A stretch of 64,000 nucleotides of DNA from Myxococcales bacterium (GTDB lineage Bacteria; Myxococcota_A; UBA9042): positions 45,308 to 109,307 of the forward strand of contig JBBISH010000006.1 in the NCBI GenBank assembly GCA_037441385.1. Direction: 5' to 3'. A program made the translations under genes and the position numbers. Below the pieces are notes generated by a model. The model ran no database searches and had not been told where the DNA came from. It saw only the letters and a program-made list of their open reading frames with translations. This document shows positions 48,072 to 58,898 of this stretch, piece by piece. The stretch's first letter is position 1. Every line of letters begins with the position of its first letter.

Positions 48072-50642
48072 GTGAGCCTTCCTTTGCCGACCCTGGACCA
48101 ACTCCGCCACGACTTGGGCGCGTTGGGGCTCGATCGCATGGCCCGAGCGGGGTTGCGGCGCGATCCGGGGCAGTACAACCTGCTGGTGCACATCGTGCCG
48201 CCCGAGGTGGCCAAGGATCACGCCGCCAGCGACCTGGTGGCCGATCGCCTGGCCGAGCCGCCGGGGCCGCTGTGCCTCTATGTCCACATCGCCGCTTGCA
48301 CCGGCCGCTGCACCTTTTGCCACTACGCCATCGAGGTCAACCCGAGCGACGAGCAGACTGAGCGGTACCTACGGGCGCTGGAGACGGAGATCACGGCCCG
48401 CTGGTCCGGCTTGGACGAGCGCAGCCCGGTCCGCTCGCTGATGATCGGCGGCGGCACCCCCACCTACCTCAGCGCCAAGCAACTTGACAGACTTTTCAAG
48501 CACTTGCATGGCACGGTTCGCCTGGATCCCGGCATCGAGCTGACCATCGAGGGCTCGCCCGAGACCATCACCCGCGACAAGCTGCAGGTGCTGAAGGACC
48601 ACGGCGTCAACCGCCTGAGCCTGGGCATCCAGAGCTTTGACGACGCCATGCTGCGGCTGCTGGGCCGGCGCCACGACCAGCGCGGGGCCCTGCACAGCCT
48701 GGAGCTGGCGAGGGAAATCGGCTTCGATCACCTGAACTTGGACCTGATCTACGCCTTGCCGGGCCAGACCCTGGAGGGGTGGCTGGCCGACGTGGCCCGC
48801 GCCGCCGACTTTGGCATCGACAGCCTGACCACCTACCACCTGCGCAAGCGGCCCGACACGGTCATCTCGCGCCACGCCTCGCCCGCCGAAGACCTGAATC
48901 TTTTGATGCATGTCGGGGCACTGCGGGTGCTGGAGGAGCGCGGTTACCGGCAGTCGCTGGTCGACTACTTCTGCAAGCGGGAGTTGGAGACCGCCCAGGT
49001 CCAGGCCCGCGACAAATGGCGCGACATGCAGCCGGTCGACGGGGTGGGGCTAGAGGCCTGTTCGCGCCGCCGTGGGGTGATCGCTTTTGATCACGCCGAG
49101 TTTTCGACGTGGATCGCCGCGGTGGAAAACGGCGACGGGCCGCGCGGCTGGCCGCTCGCGCATGGGCGGCTGCTGTCGATCGAAGAACAGATGGCGCAGC
49201 AGGCCATGTTCGGCCTCAAGGTCCTGGATCCGGGCGGTGGTCTGGACAAGGCGGCGTTTGCCCGCGACTTCGGCAAGACTGTGGACGAGGTTTTTGGCAG
49301 CGTTCCCAGCGAGTTGATGGACGCCGGCGCGCTGACCGACACCGGGACGCACCTGCAGTTCACGCCCGGCGGGACGCTGCTGGGCGACGAAGTGTGCCAG
49401 CGCTTCTACACCGAGGAGCTGCGCCGCAAGATGGTGTCGCGGGTGCGGGTGCGCGCCGAGGGCAGCACTGTGGCCGTGCCCCGGGGCAGCGAGCGGCAGG
49501 CGATTGACTCGGCCGAGGTCTTGGTCATTGGCGCCGGCGTGGCCGGCCTGCACACCGCCGCGGCGCTGGCGGCGGATCTGGGCGCGGGCGTGCTGCTGGT
49601 CGAGGCCGAGGGCGAGATCGGCCGTGGCGCTACGGCCGCCGCTCTGGGCGGCTTTCGCACGCAATTTGCCGATCCGCTGCTGGCCGAGCTGACGGCGCGG
49701 TCGCTGCAGTACTATCAGAAGCGGGCGCTGGGACCGGACGGCCATCGCCTGGGCCTGCAGCGCGACGGCTACGTGTTCTTGGTGGCCACTGCGGCGGACC
49801 GCGCGCTCTGCGAGGCTCAGGCCACGATCGCCCGCCAGCACGGGCAGGCGCTGCAGTGGCTGGAGCCCAAGCAACTGGCTGATCTGATTCCAGGTATCGC
49901 CACGGACGACCTGCTGGGCGCCTGGTACGGGCCCGACGACGGCCGCTTGGACCCGCACGGGGTGGCTTGGCTGGCGCGGCGCGATCTGCTCGAGCGCGGC
50001 GGCCGGCTGCGGCTCGACACGCCCGTCCAAAAGCTGAGGCTGCACAAGGGCTCGGTGGTGGGCGTGGACACGGCGCGCGGCTGGATCGCGGCGCGGCAGG
50101 TGGTGCTGTGCACGGGTGCGGCTACGCCCCAGCTGCTGCAGCAAGCCGGCGTGACGCTGCCCCTGGCGGTGGACAAGCGCCGCATCTTGATGGCCCAAGG
50201 CGCGGATCTTCCAGGCTATCCTGGGCCGCTGGTGCTGGGGCAGACGCCGCCGCTGTACTTCCGGCCCGAATCCAACGGTCTGCTGGTGTCGGCGCGCGAG
50301 CTGAGCAACGACGACGACTTGCCCTGGGACGCGGTGGTCCGCGAGCGGGCGATGGCGCGGCTTCCAGTGCTGAAAACTGCCCGCTGGATCCCGGGTTGGA
50401 GTGGTCAGCAGACCCACAGCCGCGACGGCCGGCCGCTGGTGGGGCCGTGCCCAGGGTTGGAGGGCGCGTTCCTATGCACTGCGTTGGGCGGCGCGGGGAT
50501 CATGCACGCTCCGGCGGTGGCGACCCTGGCGGCGGGTTGGGTGCTGGGTACCGCCGATGGCGCGCTGGCGGAGGAGCTGGATCCGCGGCGGGACCTTGGT
50601 CGCGGTCTGACACAGCTGCGCGATTTGCCGCCAGTAGGGTGA
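48072..50642 (+). CDS. Fusion: HemN-like radical SAM domain plus FAD-dependent DAO/sarcosine-oxidase-beta-like oxidoreductase
   Basis: LYVHIAACTGRCTFCHY, GGGTPT, NRLSLGIQSF, DLIYALPGQT; in the same frame VIGAGVAG, GATAAALGGFRTQF, DGRLDP, SRDGRPLVG, GAGIMHAP. GTG start with GAGGT RBS. Confidence 0.88.
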   Translation: MSLPLPTLDQLRHDLGALGLDRMARAGLRRDPGQYNLLVHIVPPEVAKDHAASDLVADRLAEPPGPLCLYVHIAACTGRCTFCHYAIEVNPSDEQTERYLRALETEITARWSGLDERSPVRSLMIGGGTPTYLSAKQLDRLFKHLHGTVRLDPGIELTIEGSPETITRDKLQVLKDHGVNRLSLGIQSFDDAMLRLLGRRHDQRGALHSLELAREIGFDHLNLDLIYALPGQTLEGWLADVARAADFGIDSLTTYHLRKRPDTVISRHASPAEDLNLLMHVGALRVLEERGYRQSLVDYFCKRELETAQVQARDKWRDMQPVDGVGLEACSRRRGVIAFDHAEFSTWIAAVENGDGPRGWPLAHGRLLSIEEQMAQQAMFGLKVLDPGGGLDKAAFARDFGKTVDEVFGSVPSELMDAGALTDTGTHLQFTPGGTLLGDEVCQRFYTEELRRKMVSRVRVRAEGSTVAVPRGSERQAIDSAEVLVIGAGVAGLHTAAALAADLGAGVLLVEAEGEIGRGATAAALGGFRTQFADPLLAELTARSLQYYQKRALGPDGHRLGLQRDGYVFLVATAADRALCEAQATIARQHGQALQWLEPKQLADLIPGIATDDLLGAWYGPDDGRLDPHGVAWLARRDLLERGGRLRLDTPVQKLRLHKGSVVGVDTARGWIAARQVVLCTGAATPQLLQQAGVTLPLAVDKRRILMAQGADLPGYPGPLVLGQTPPLYFRPESNGLLVSARELSNDDDLPWDAVVRERAMARLPVLKTARWIPGWSGQQTHSRDGRPLVGPCPGLEGAFLCTALGGAGIMHAPAVATLAAGWVLGTADGALAEELDPRRDLGRGLTQLRDLPPVG

Positions 50643-50649
50643 GGCCGCG

Positions 50650-50883
50650 ATGGCGCTCGACGATGGGCGGCAACGGGGACAAGCTAGGTATCTGCGGGGA
50701 CTTGAGTTCCGCCTGGGGCCGTGGGCCCCGGTGGGCGAAGGCAGGGACCACGATCACTGTGGCTACTGCTGGGCGAAATTCTCCATGGCCCAAGAGGATC
50801 TGCATTCCGGGTGGACGGACACCGCGCACGAACATTGGATCTGCGAGGACTGCTACCGAGACTTCGCCGACCAATTGCGGTAG
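50650..50883 (+). CDS. Small CxxC...CxxC putative zinc-binding protein
   Basis: DHDHCGYCWAKF...WICEDCYRDF; starts 7 nt after the previous stop with a GAGG RBS. Confidence 0.7.
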   Translation: MALDDGRQRGQARYLRGLEFRLGPWAPVGEGRDHDHCGYCWAKFSMAQEDLHSGWTDTAHEHWICEDCYRDFADQLR

Positions 50884-50989
50884 GCCTCGCGCCGTCGTGT
50901 CACGGGCTCGTCTCTATCCCCTTGTCAGGAAAGCATGAAATCGGCATTATCACAAATAGAGAAACGGGGCTTTCTCTATTTGGTAAGTC

Positions 50990-52423
50990 ATGCTGAAGAT
51001 TGCCGAAGCCGACATTGCGGCCCGCCTGCGGGCTGACAACCCGTGGTGGAGCGCCCCGCCCACCCGCAGCTCTGCGCCGCTTGCCTGGCCGCGCCGGGCC
51101 TACTTTGTCGCCCTGCTGCGGCTGCTCGACCTCCCCGTACAGCGAGCGATCATCTTGCTCGGCGCTCGCCGGGTGGGTAAGACCACGCTGCTGCGGCAAG
51201 TCATCGGCGAAACGGCGCTCGCCGACCCAGGCCGACCGATCTTGTATGCGTCGATCGATGCCCCAACCTATACCGGCCTGTCCCTTGACGATCTTCTGGG
51301 TCTTTTCGTGCGTGTCTGGCCACACGACGCCACGGGCCCAAGGCTCGTTGTCTTCGACGAAATCCAATATCTGTCCGAGTGGGAGCGACACCTCAAAGAC
51401 TTGGTCGACCGCTACCCGAACACTCGCTTTGTGGCAAGCGGTTCAGCCGGCGCGGCGCTGCGGCGAAAGAGCCAAGAGTCCGGCGCCGGCCGGTTCAGCG
51501 ACTTTGAACTCCCTCCACTTACGTTCGCTGAATTTCTTGAATTTGTTGGACAACTTGATCAGGTCATCGACCGATCTGCTCCTGTGCCGCGCGCCCGCGA
51601 TATCGGTGCGCTGAACGCGCTGTTCGTAGACTACGTGAACTTTGGCGGCTATCCCGAGGTCGTGGCCAACGCGGCGATTCGTGACGACCTTGCCCGCTTC
51701 GTTCGCAGCGACATCGTCGACAAGGTGTTGCTTCGCGACCTGCCGTCGCTGTACGGGATCTCCAACATTCCAGAGTTAAATAGGCTGTTTACGACGGTCG
51801 CCTACAACACGGGTCAGCTTGTCAGCTTGGACGCTTTGTCGAAAGGGTCGGGTATCAGCAAGCCGACACTGAACAAGTACTTGGAGTACTTGGAGGCGGC
51901 CTTTTTGATCGTACGGTTGCGGCGCGTCGATCAGAATGCTCGTCGATTTGAACGTGAGCGCGATTTCAAGGTGTACCTGACCAATCCGTCCATGCGGGCT
52001 GCGCTTTTTGGCCCCGAGACGATTGACGGCGCGGCGATGGGAGCGCTGGCAGAAACGGCACTTGTCACGCAATACCTGCACGCCCCGATGTTTGCCGACT
52101 TGGCCTTCGCGCGGTGGAAGCGCGGCGAAGTAGACCTGCTCGCCCTGGACCCGGCGACGCAGCGGCCGCGTTGGGCCCTGGAGGTCAAGTGGTCGGATGG
52201 CGCACCCGAGCGGCGCAGCGCGTGGACGCACCTGCTTGATTTCGCGGCGGCCAACCAACTCGACACCGTCCACCTGACTTGCCGTGCGGGCGAAGAGCAT
52301 CGAGGTTCGGGGAGTCCCCAGTGCGTGATTTGGCAACATGCGTTGCTCTGCTATCAGATCGCCACGCTTGCGGCCTCTCAGGCCGCAGTGCTGTCGCGGC
52401 ATGGGCTGCCGCCGCAGCCGTGA
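50990..52423 (+). CDS. AAA_14-type ATPase with DUF4143/PD-(D/E)xK-like C-terminus
   Basis: GARRVGKTT, FDEIQY, ASGS, ESGAGR, GGYPE, YLEYLEAAFL, KVYLTNP, GEVDL...LEVKW. Confidence 0.88.
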   Translation: MLKIAEADIAARLRADNPWWSAPPTRSSAPLAWPRRAYFVALLRLLDLPVQRAIILLGARRVGKTTLLRQVIGETALADPGRPILYASIDAPTYTGLSLDDLLGLFVRVWPHDATGPRLVVFDEIQYLSEWERHLKDLVDRYPNTRFVASGSAGAALRRKSQESGAGRFSDFELPPLTFAEFLEFVGQLDQVIDRSAPVPRARDIGALNALFVDYVNFGGYPEVVANAAIRDDLARFVRSDIVDKVLLRDLPSLYGISNIPELNRLFTTVAYNTGQLVSLDALSKGSGISKPTLNKYLEYLEAAFLIVRLRRVDQNARRFERERDFKVYLTNPSMRAALFGPETIDGAAMGALAETALVTQYLHAPMFADLAFARWKRGEVDLLALDPATQRPRWALEVKWSDGAPERRSAWTHLLDFAAANQLDTVHLTCRAGEEHRGSGSPQCVIWQHALLCYQIATLAASQAAVLSRHGLPPQP

Positions 52424-52475
52424 GGCCCGTGGCGCAATTCGATCCGTAAAACGCCCATCTGCCTGCACTTTGCCC

Positions 52476-52504
52476 TTGCTGGACCGGTCCCCTTGGCGTA
52501 GAAT
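52476..52504 (+). promoter_or_regulatory. Sigma-70 promoter of rpsB-tsf
   Basis: TTGCTG-17 nt-TAGAAT followed by a GC-rich discriminator. Confidence 0.55.
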
Positions 52505-52586
52505 GCCGCGCCCCGCCCGGGCGGACTTGGCGTTCGTTTTGGGCTGGGACTAGGGTAAGTAGAGAAAAGCAAGCGCTTTTCCAAGC

Positions 52587-52700
52587 AACACATGCCCCGG
52601 CACCGGTTCGTCGCAGCGAAGTGCGCTGCCCGTCCGGCGCAGAGTTCCGTGCGGAAAGCTCGCCTTTCCGTGCACTGCGGGGCAGAGGTTCAACGGAGCT
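52587..52700 (+). promoter_or_regulatory. Putative structured rpsB leader (S2 autoregulation)
   Basis: Long 5' UTR with closing stem TGCCCCG...CGGGGCA and internal hairpins. Confidence 0.4.
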
Positions 52701-52717
52701 AGGATACGGAGTTTAGA

Positions 52718-53539
52718 ATGGAAACGGTAACTGTTCGCGATATGCTCGAAGCCGGCGCCCACTACGGTCACCAGACCCGCCGCTGGAACCCCAAGATGAA
52801 GCCGTACATCTACGGCGCCCGCAACGGCATCTACATCATCAACCTGGGCCGCACCGCCAAGCTGCTGAAGGACGCGCAGAACTTCCTGTCGCGTCTGACC
52901 GCGCGCGGTGAGCAGGTGCTGTTCGTGGCGACCAAGCGCCAGGCCCGCGACATCGTTCGCGAAGAGGCCGCCCGCGCCAAGATGCCCGTCGTCGCCCACC
53001 GCTGGCTGGGTGGCACGCTGACCAACTTCCGTACGCTCAAGACCTCGATCGAGAAGCTGGCGGAGATCGAGCACATGCTGAGCCCCGAGATGGCCGGCCG
53101 CCTGCCCAAGAAGGAGCTGAGCAACCTGGGCAAGCAGCGCGACAAGCTGATGCGCAACATCGGCGGTCTGCGCGCCATGCCGTCGATGCCGGGCGCGATC
53201 TTCGTGGTCGATCCCAGCGAGGAGCACATCGCCATCGCCGAAGCGCGCCGCAAGGGCATCCCGGTCGTGGCCCTGTGCGACACCAACGCCGACCCGGATG
53301 TCTGCGACTACATCATCCCCGCCAACGACGACGCGATGCGCTCGATCCGCCTGTTCGTCAAGGCCGCCGCCGATGCCTGCATCACCGGCGCGCAGATGTC
53401 GCGCGACCAGATGGGCCGTGATTTCGAAGGCGGCGCGACCACTTCGGCGGCGACGGACAACGTGGAAGTGATCCGCAAGCCGCGCCACGTCGAGACGGTC
53501 GTGGACGACAGCGACGAAGGCGACGACGAGGAGGCGTAA
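52718..53539 (+). CDS. rpsB: 30S ribosomal protein S2
   Basis: LEAGAHYGHQTRRWNPKM, RWLGGTLTN, DTNADP, PANDDA. Confidence 0.98.
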   Translation: METVTVRDMLEAGAHYGHQTRRWNPKMKPYIYGARNGIYIINLGRTAKLLKDAQNFLSRLTARGEQVLFVATKRQARDIVREEAARAKMPVVAHRWLGGTLTNFRTLKTSIEKLAEIEHMLSPEMAGRLPKKELSNLGKQRDKLMRNIGGLRAMPSMPGAIFVVDPSEEHIAIAEARRKGIPVVALCDTNADPDVCDYIIPANDDAMRSIRLFVKAAADACITGAQMSRDQMGRDFEGGATTSAATDNVEVIRKPRHVETVVDDSDEGDDEEA

Positions 53540-53595
53540 GCCTTCGACTCTGCTCCAGAACTACCCTACTCACCATTCCGTTTCAGGAGATGACC

Positions 53596-55114
<1,519 letters not shown>

Positions 55115-55177
55115 GCCGGCGAGGCACGGTCTGAGCTAGACAACGACCCGGCCAATGGATTTTGCGGGAGGTTTGCC

Positions 55178-55726
55178 ATGGAAGAAGAGATTTTTGCGGA
55201 TCTGCAGCACGGCCTGGACGCCGCCATCGAACACTTTCGCCACGAGTGCGGCAAGCTGCGCACCGGCCGCGCCAATGCCTCGCTGATGGACGGCGTGCGC
55301 GTGGACTACTACGGCAGCGAGTCGCCGCTGAACCAAGTGGCGACCGTCAGCGTCGTCGACGCGCGCCTGCTGCAGATCAAGCCGTGGGAGCGCAACATGT
55401 GCGGCCCCATCGAAAAGGCCATCCTGGCGGCGAACTTGGGGCTCACGCCGTCGAACCGCGGCGACGTGGTGCTGGTGCCGATCCCGCCGATGACGGGCGA
55501 GCGTCGCAAGGAATTGGTCAAGGTGGTCAAGCACATGGCCGAGGTCGCCAAGACTAGCTGCCGCAATGCCCGTCGCGACGCGATCGACTTCTTGGAAGCC
55601 CTGGAAGACTACCCCGAAGACGATCTGACCCGCAGCAAGAAGAAGGTGCAGGACATGATCGACGCGAGCACCAAGAAGGTCGATCAGATCGAGAAAGAGA
55701 AGGAAGCTGAAGTCCTAGAAGTGTAG
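55178..55726 (+). CDS. frr: Ribosome recycling factor
   Basis: LRTGRAN, YYG, PLNQVA, IEKAI, PPMTGERRKEL, RNARRDA. Confidence 0.96.
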   Translation: MEEEIFADLQHGLDAAIEHFRHECGKLRTGRANASLMDGVRVDYYGSESPLNQVATVSVVDARLLQIKPWERNMCGPIEKAILAANLGLTPSNRGDVVLVPIPPMTGERRKELVKVVKHMAEVAKTSCRNARRDAIDFLEALEDYPEDDLTRSKKKVQDMIDASTKKVDQIEKEKEAEVLEV

Positions 55727-55744
55727 CGACCAAGCGGGTTTGGG

Positions 55745-56449
55745 CTACTGCGTGCGTGCTTCGGCTCGCCAGCGCGCCGCTTCGGCCACCACAAAGGCGC
55801 GGTCGTCCTGGCCACAAGCGACCTCGAAGGCCGCCGAAAATCCGCGCCCGGCCCGCAGTTCGCGGCACAAACTCGCATACGGCCGGGCCCCTTGCTCTTG
55901 CCACCACGCGGCAAACAGCTGTGCCGCCACGGCGTAGACCACGCCGCCCAAATCCGCGATGCCCGCGTCGTTGCTGTAGGCGGCGCTTTCCACTTGGTCG
56001 TCGGCCAGCACGCGCCGGCCATTGGGCGCGGGCATCCCTTGCGACGCGACTACGGCCAACCCCTCGCGAAACCAGGTGGGCGCATAGGCCGGCGGTCGGT
56101 CGGTCGGCGTGGTCCGCTGGAACCAGAGCACGTGGGCCAGTTCGTGCAGCACTAGCGTCGTCCACTCGGCAGGGTCGGGCGGTTCCGGCCAGCGCTCCGG
56201 TTTCAGCAGCCACAGCGCGTCGTTCCACGCCAAGCCGCGCAAGTCCAGCAGCGAAGGCACGGGCGCGTGCTGCCGCAGTTCGTCAGGGAGGTCGACCAAG
56301 TGCAGGGTCACGGGCCGGCCAAAGCGCCCCCAAGGCAGCAGGCGGGTGACGCGCCGAGGCAGGTCGCGCTGCAACTGCCGGCAGTACAGCGAGTCGTCGG
56401 CCAGGTTGGCGTGCAGCTCCAGGGCGATGCTCGAAATCGATAGAATCAT
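55745..56449 (-). CDS. Putative gluzincin (HExxH) metallopeptidase-like protein
   Basis: VLHELAHV ... PTWFREGLA motif pair. Start uncertain. Confidence 0.7.
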   Translation of the reverse strand: MILSISSIALELHANLADDSLYCRQLQRDLPRRVTRLLPWGRFGRPVTLHLVDLPDELRQHAPVPSLLDLRGLAWNDALWLLKPERWPEPPDPAEWTTLVLHELAHVLWFQRTTPTDRPPAYAPTWFREGLAVVASQGMPAPNGRRVLADDQVESAAYSNDAGIADLGGVVYAVAAQLFAAWWQEQGARPYASLCRELRAGRGFSAAFEVACGQDDRAFVVAEAARWRAEARTQ

Positions 56450-56591
56450 CGGTTGGTTCGAGCCCTGTCCGCGATCGGCCGTTGGCCGCAGAACTTGCCC
56501 ATGCTAGCATTGGCTTCCCGGGTCGGCCAGCACGCTGCCGTGCCGCTGCTCCCGGCGCCGCGCGCCCTTCCCCCGGGCGCAGAGAACGCGC

Positions 56592-57653
56592 ATGGTGATG
56601 TTGCCTTCCACGCGGGTTTCGCGCACTTCGATGATCCAGGCCGGCGCCACGCCGCTGCGCATCGGCCTGACGCTGGGCGATTTGGCCGGCATTGGCCCCG
56701 AAGTCACGGTGCAAGCCCTGCTCCAGACCGACCTGCACCGGCGCTGCCTGGTGCGCATCTACATCGCCGCCGAGCACCAGGATTGGCTGCGCGCCACTTG
56801 TCAGCGCTACGGACTGCTGGCCGGGACGTTGATTCCGGGTGCGGGGCTGCAGATCGTGCCCGTCGAGTGCGCCGCGCAGAGTGGCCCGCAGCGCCCCGGT
56901 CAGACGACGGAGGCGAGCCAGGCCCAAGCCTATGCGGCCCTAGAGGCGATGGCCGACGCGGCGGTGCTGGGCGAGATCGACGCGATGGTGACTGGGCCCG
57001 TGCCCAAAAGCATCTTTGATCACCTGACGCCGCGGCCGCCCGGCCAGACCGAATTCTTGGCGAGCCGTTTGGGCGCCCGGCGATTTGCGATGATGCTGGC
57101 CGGTCCGCGTCTGCGGGTCGTGCCGGTGACCACGCACATCGGGCTCAAAGACGTTGCGGCCGCGCTGTCGACCCAGCGCATCGTCGACTGCGCGCTGGCG
57201 GCGGTGGACGCGCTGACCCGCTGGATGGAGCTGAGCGCGCCGCGCCTGGCCATCTGCGCCCTGAACCCACACGCGGGCGAGGGCGGGCGCCTGGGCGACG
57301 AGGAAGAGCGGATCATCGTGCCGGCGGTCGAGCTGCTGCGCGACGCTGGCGTGCACGCCGAGGGGCCGCATGTGGCCGACACGGTGTTCTACCGCGCGAT
57401 GAACGGTCGCTTCGACGCAGTGTTGTGCATGTACCACGATCAGGCGCTGGGGCCCCTGAAGACCGTGCACTTCCACGACGCCGTCAACCTGACTTGTGGG
57501 TTGCCGGTGCCGCGCTTGTCGCCCGATCACGGCACGGCCTACGACATTGCGGGCCGCGGGACGGCGGACCCGACCAGCATGGTCCAGGCTCTGGCCCGGG
57601 CCGAGCGCATGGCCTCGCGGGCGGCGAGTTTGCACAGTCGATCTGCTGCCTGA
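56592..57653 (+). CDS. pdxA: 4-hydroxythreonine-4-phosphate dehydrogenase
   Basis: GDLAGIGPE, TGPV, GQTEFL, TTHI, LNPHAGE, ADT.F, MYHDQ, SPDHGTAYDIAG. Confidence 0.93.
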   Translation: MVMLPSTRVSRTSMIQAGATPLRIGLTLGDLAGIGPEVTVQALLQTDLHRRCLVRIYIAAEHQDWLRATCQRYGLLAGTLIPGAGLQIVPVECAAQSGPQRPGQTTEASQAQAYAALEAMADAAVLGEIDAMVTGPVPKSIFDHLTPRPPGQTEFLASRLGARRFAMMLAGPRLRVVPVTTHIGLKDVAAALSTQRIVDCALAAVDALTRWMELSAPRLAICALNPHAGEGGRLGDEEERIIVPAVELLRDAGVHAEGPHVADTVFYRAMNGRFDAVLCMYHDQALGPLKTVHFHDAVNLTCGLPVPRLSPDHGTAYDIAGRGTADPTSMVQALARAERMASRAASLHSRSAA

Positions 57654-57675
57654 CGGGCAGCGACAGGGAGGGGCC

Positions 57676-58893
57676 ATGGCAGCATTGCGTCGGCAGGTGT
57701 TCTTGGGCTTGTCTGCGGCGGTTGCACTATGGGCTGTGGCCGGCTGTCGCGGCCCCGGTGGCGCGCAAAACCAGGCGAACTCTGGGAATCCGCAGGCCGG
57801 CGCGGCCGGTCAGGGCGGCGGGCAGGGCGGACCTGGGGCGCAGGGCGCGGCGCAAGGGTTGTCCCACGGGGCGACGCAGCTCGCCCACGACGTGCCCTTT
57901 GGCGACGATCCGGTCAGCTGGTTGGACTTGAAGTACAAGCTGGAACTGCCTCGCTCGACCCAGACGCAGGCGCTCGCCTTGCCTTGGCAAGAGGTGACGC
58001 CCACGGCGGGACCTGCGACTGGGCCCGATGCCGGCGTCAAGCCGGCGCCCAAGGCCGTGGAGCACCGCTGGACCCAGCCCGTGCTGCTGCTGGGTCGCGG
58101 CGAGGTGGCGACCCCCGATCGCGTTCTTGGCAAGCTGCGCTGCCAGGCGGAACTGAAAGAGCTGTGCACGGAAGAGGGGTTGCGTGCTCCCACTGGCCGC
58201 CAGCGCCTCGACTTCGACCCGGCGGAGGCGGACAGCAATGGCCTGCCGGCGTGGCTGGTCAAGGCGGTGGCCGAGCAGGACTGGAAGGGCAAGCCGATCC
58301 TGCTGTTTGCCGACCGGCGCGTTTCGGCCCAGGCCGTGCTCCAGGCGCAGTCGGCCCTTTCCGCGGCCGGCGCGGAGACACGCCTGGTGGCGGCCACCCT
58401 TACGGGTACGCTGGGCTACGTCCTTCCGCCCCAGCCGCACCCCCCGACGCTGCTGGCCTTTGCGCCCACCACTGTTGTGTCAGACGTGGACGCCGCGCCC
58501 GATCGGGTGCCGCGCGACCTGACTGCGATGGTGGTCGAGGTCTCGACGACCGGCATGCACCTGCTCTTGATGCGGCCCGAGCCGCACCCAGCGACCACCC
58601 CCGAACTGCTGGGCGATGTGGTCCAGGCCTTGAACATTTGGGCCGAGCGGGCCCGCACCACCGCGCCCGAACTGAAGATTGCGACGATCCGCGCCACGCC
58701 CGACGCGCCGTGGGAAGAAGTCGTGCGCGCCATCGACGGTCTGCGCGACACTTGCGCCCGCGCCGCCAAGGGCACGCCCTGCCACGACAATCGGCCCCTG
58801 TTCTCGTGGATCGCCCTGTCTGTGCAGCCTGGGGCCAAGCCGGCCGCCGCGCCCGCGCCAACCGGCGTGGTTCAGCCGGCCGCACCGATGTAG
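57676..58893 (+). CDS. Hypothetical lipoprotein with two ExbD/TolR-like periplasmic motifs
   Basis: Lipobox VAGC; ILLFADRRVSAQAV and ATIRATPDAPWEEVVRAIDGLR resemble ExbD/AglS C-terminal domains. Confidence 0.6.
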   Translation: MAALRRQVFLGLSAAVALWAVAGCRGPGGAQNQANSGNPQAGAAGQGGGQGGPGAQGAAQGLSHGATQLAHDVPFGDDPVSWLDLKYKLELPRSTQTQALALPWQEVTPTAGPATGPDAGVKPAPKAVEHRWTQPVLLLGRGEVATPDRVLGKLRCQAELKELCTEEGLRAPTGRQRLDFDPAEADSNGLPAWLVKAVAEQDWKGKPILLFADRRVSAQAVLQAQSALSAAGAETRLVAATLTGTLGYVLPPQPHPPTLLAFAPTTVVSDVDAAPDRVPRDLTAMVVEVSTTGMHLLLMRPEPHPATTPELLGDVVQALNIWAERARTTAPELKIATIRATPDAPWEEVVRAIDGLRDTCARAAKGTPCHDNRPLFSWIALSVQPGAKPAAAPAPTGVVQPAAPM

Positions 58894-58898
58894 TCCCG

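Noticed and set aside
44253..50900. RiPP precursor peptide for the radical SAM cluster
   Set aside because: No short ORF with leader/core character, and no RRE, peptidase or transporter nearby. The 77-aa protein looks like a folded zinc-binding protein.
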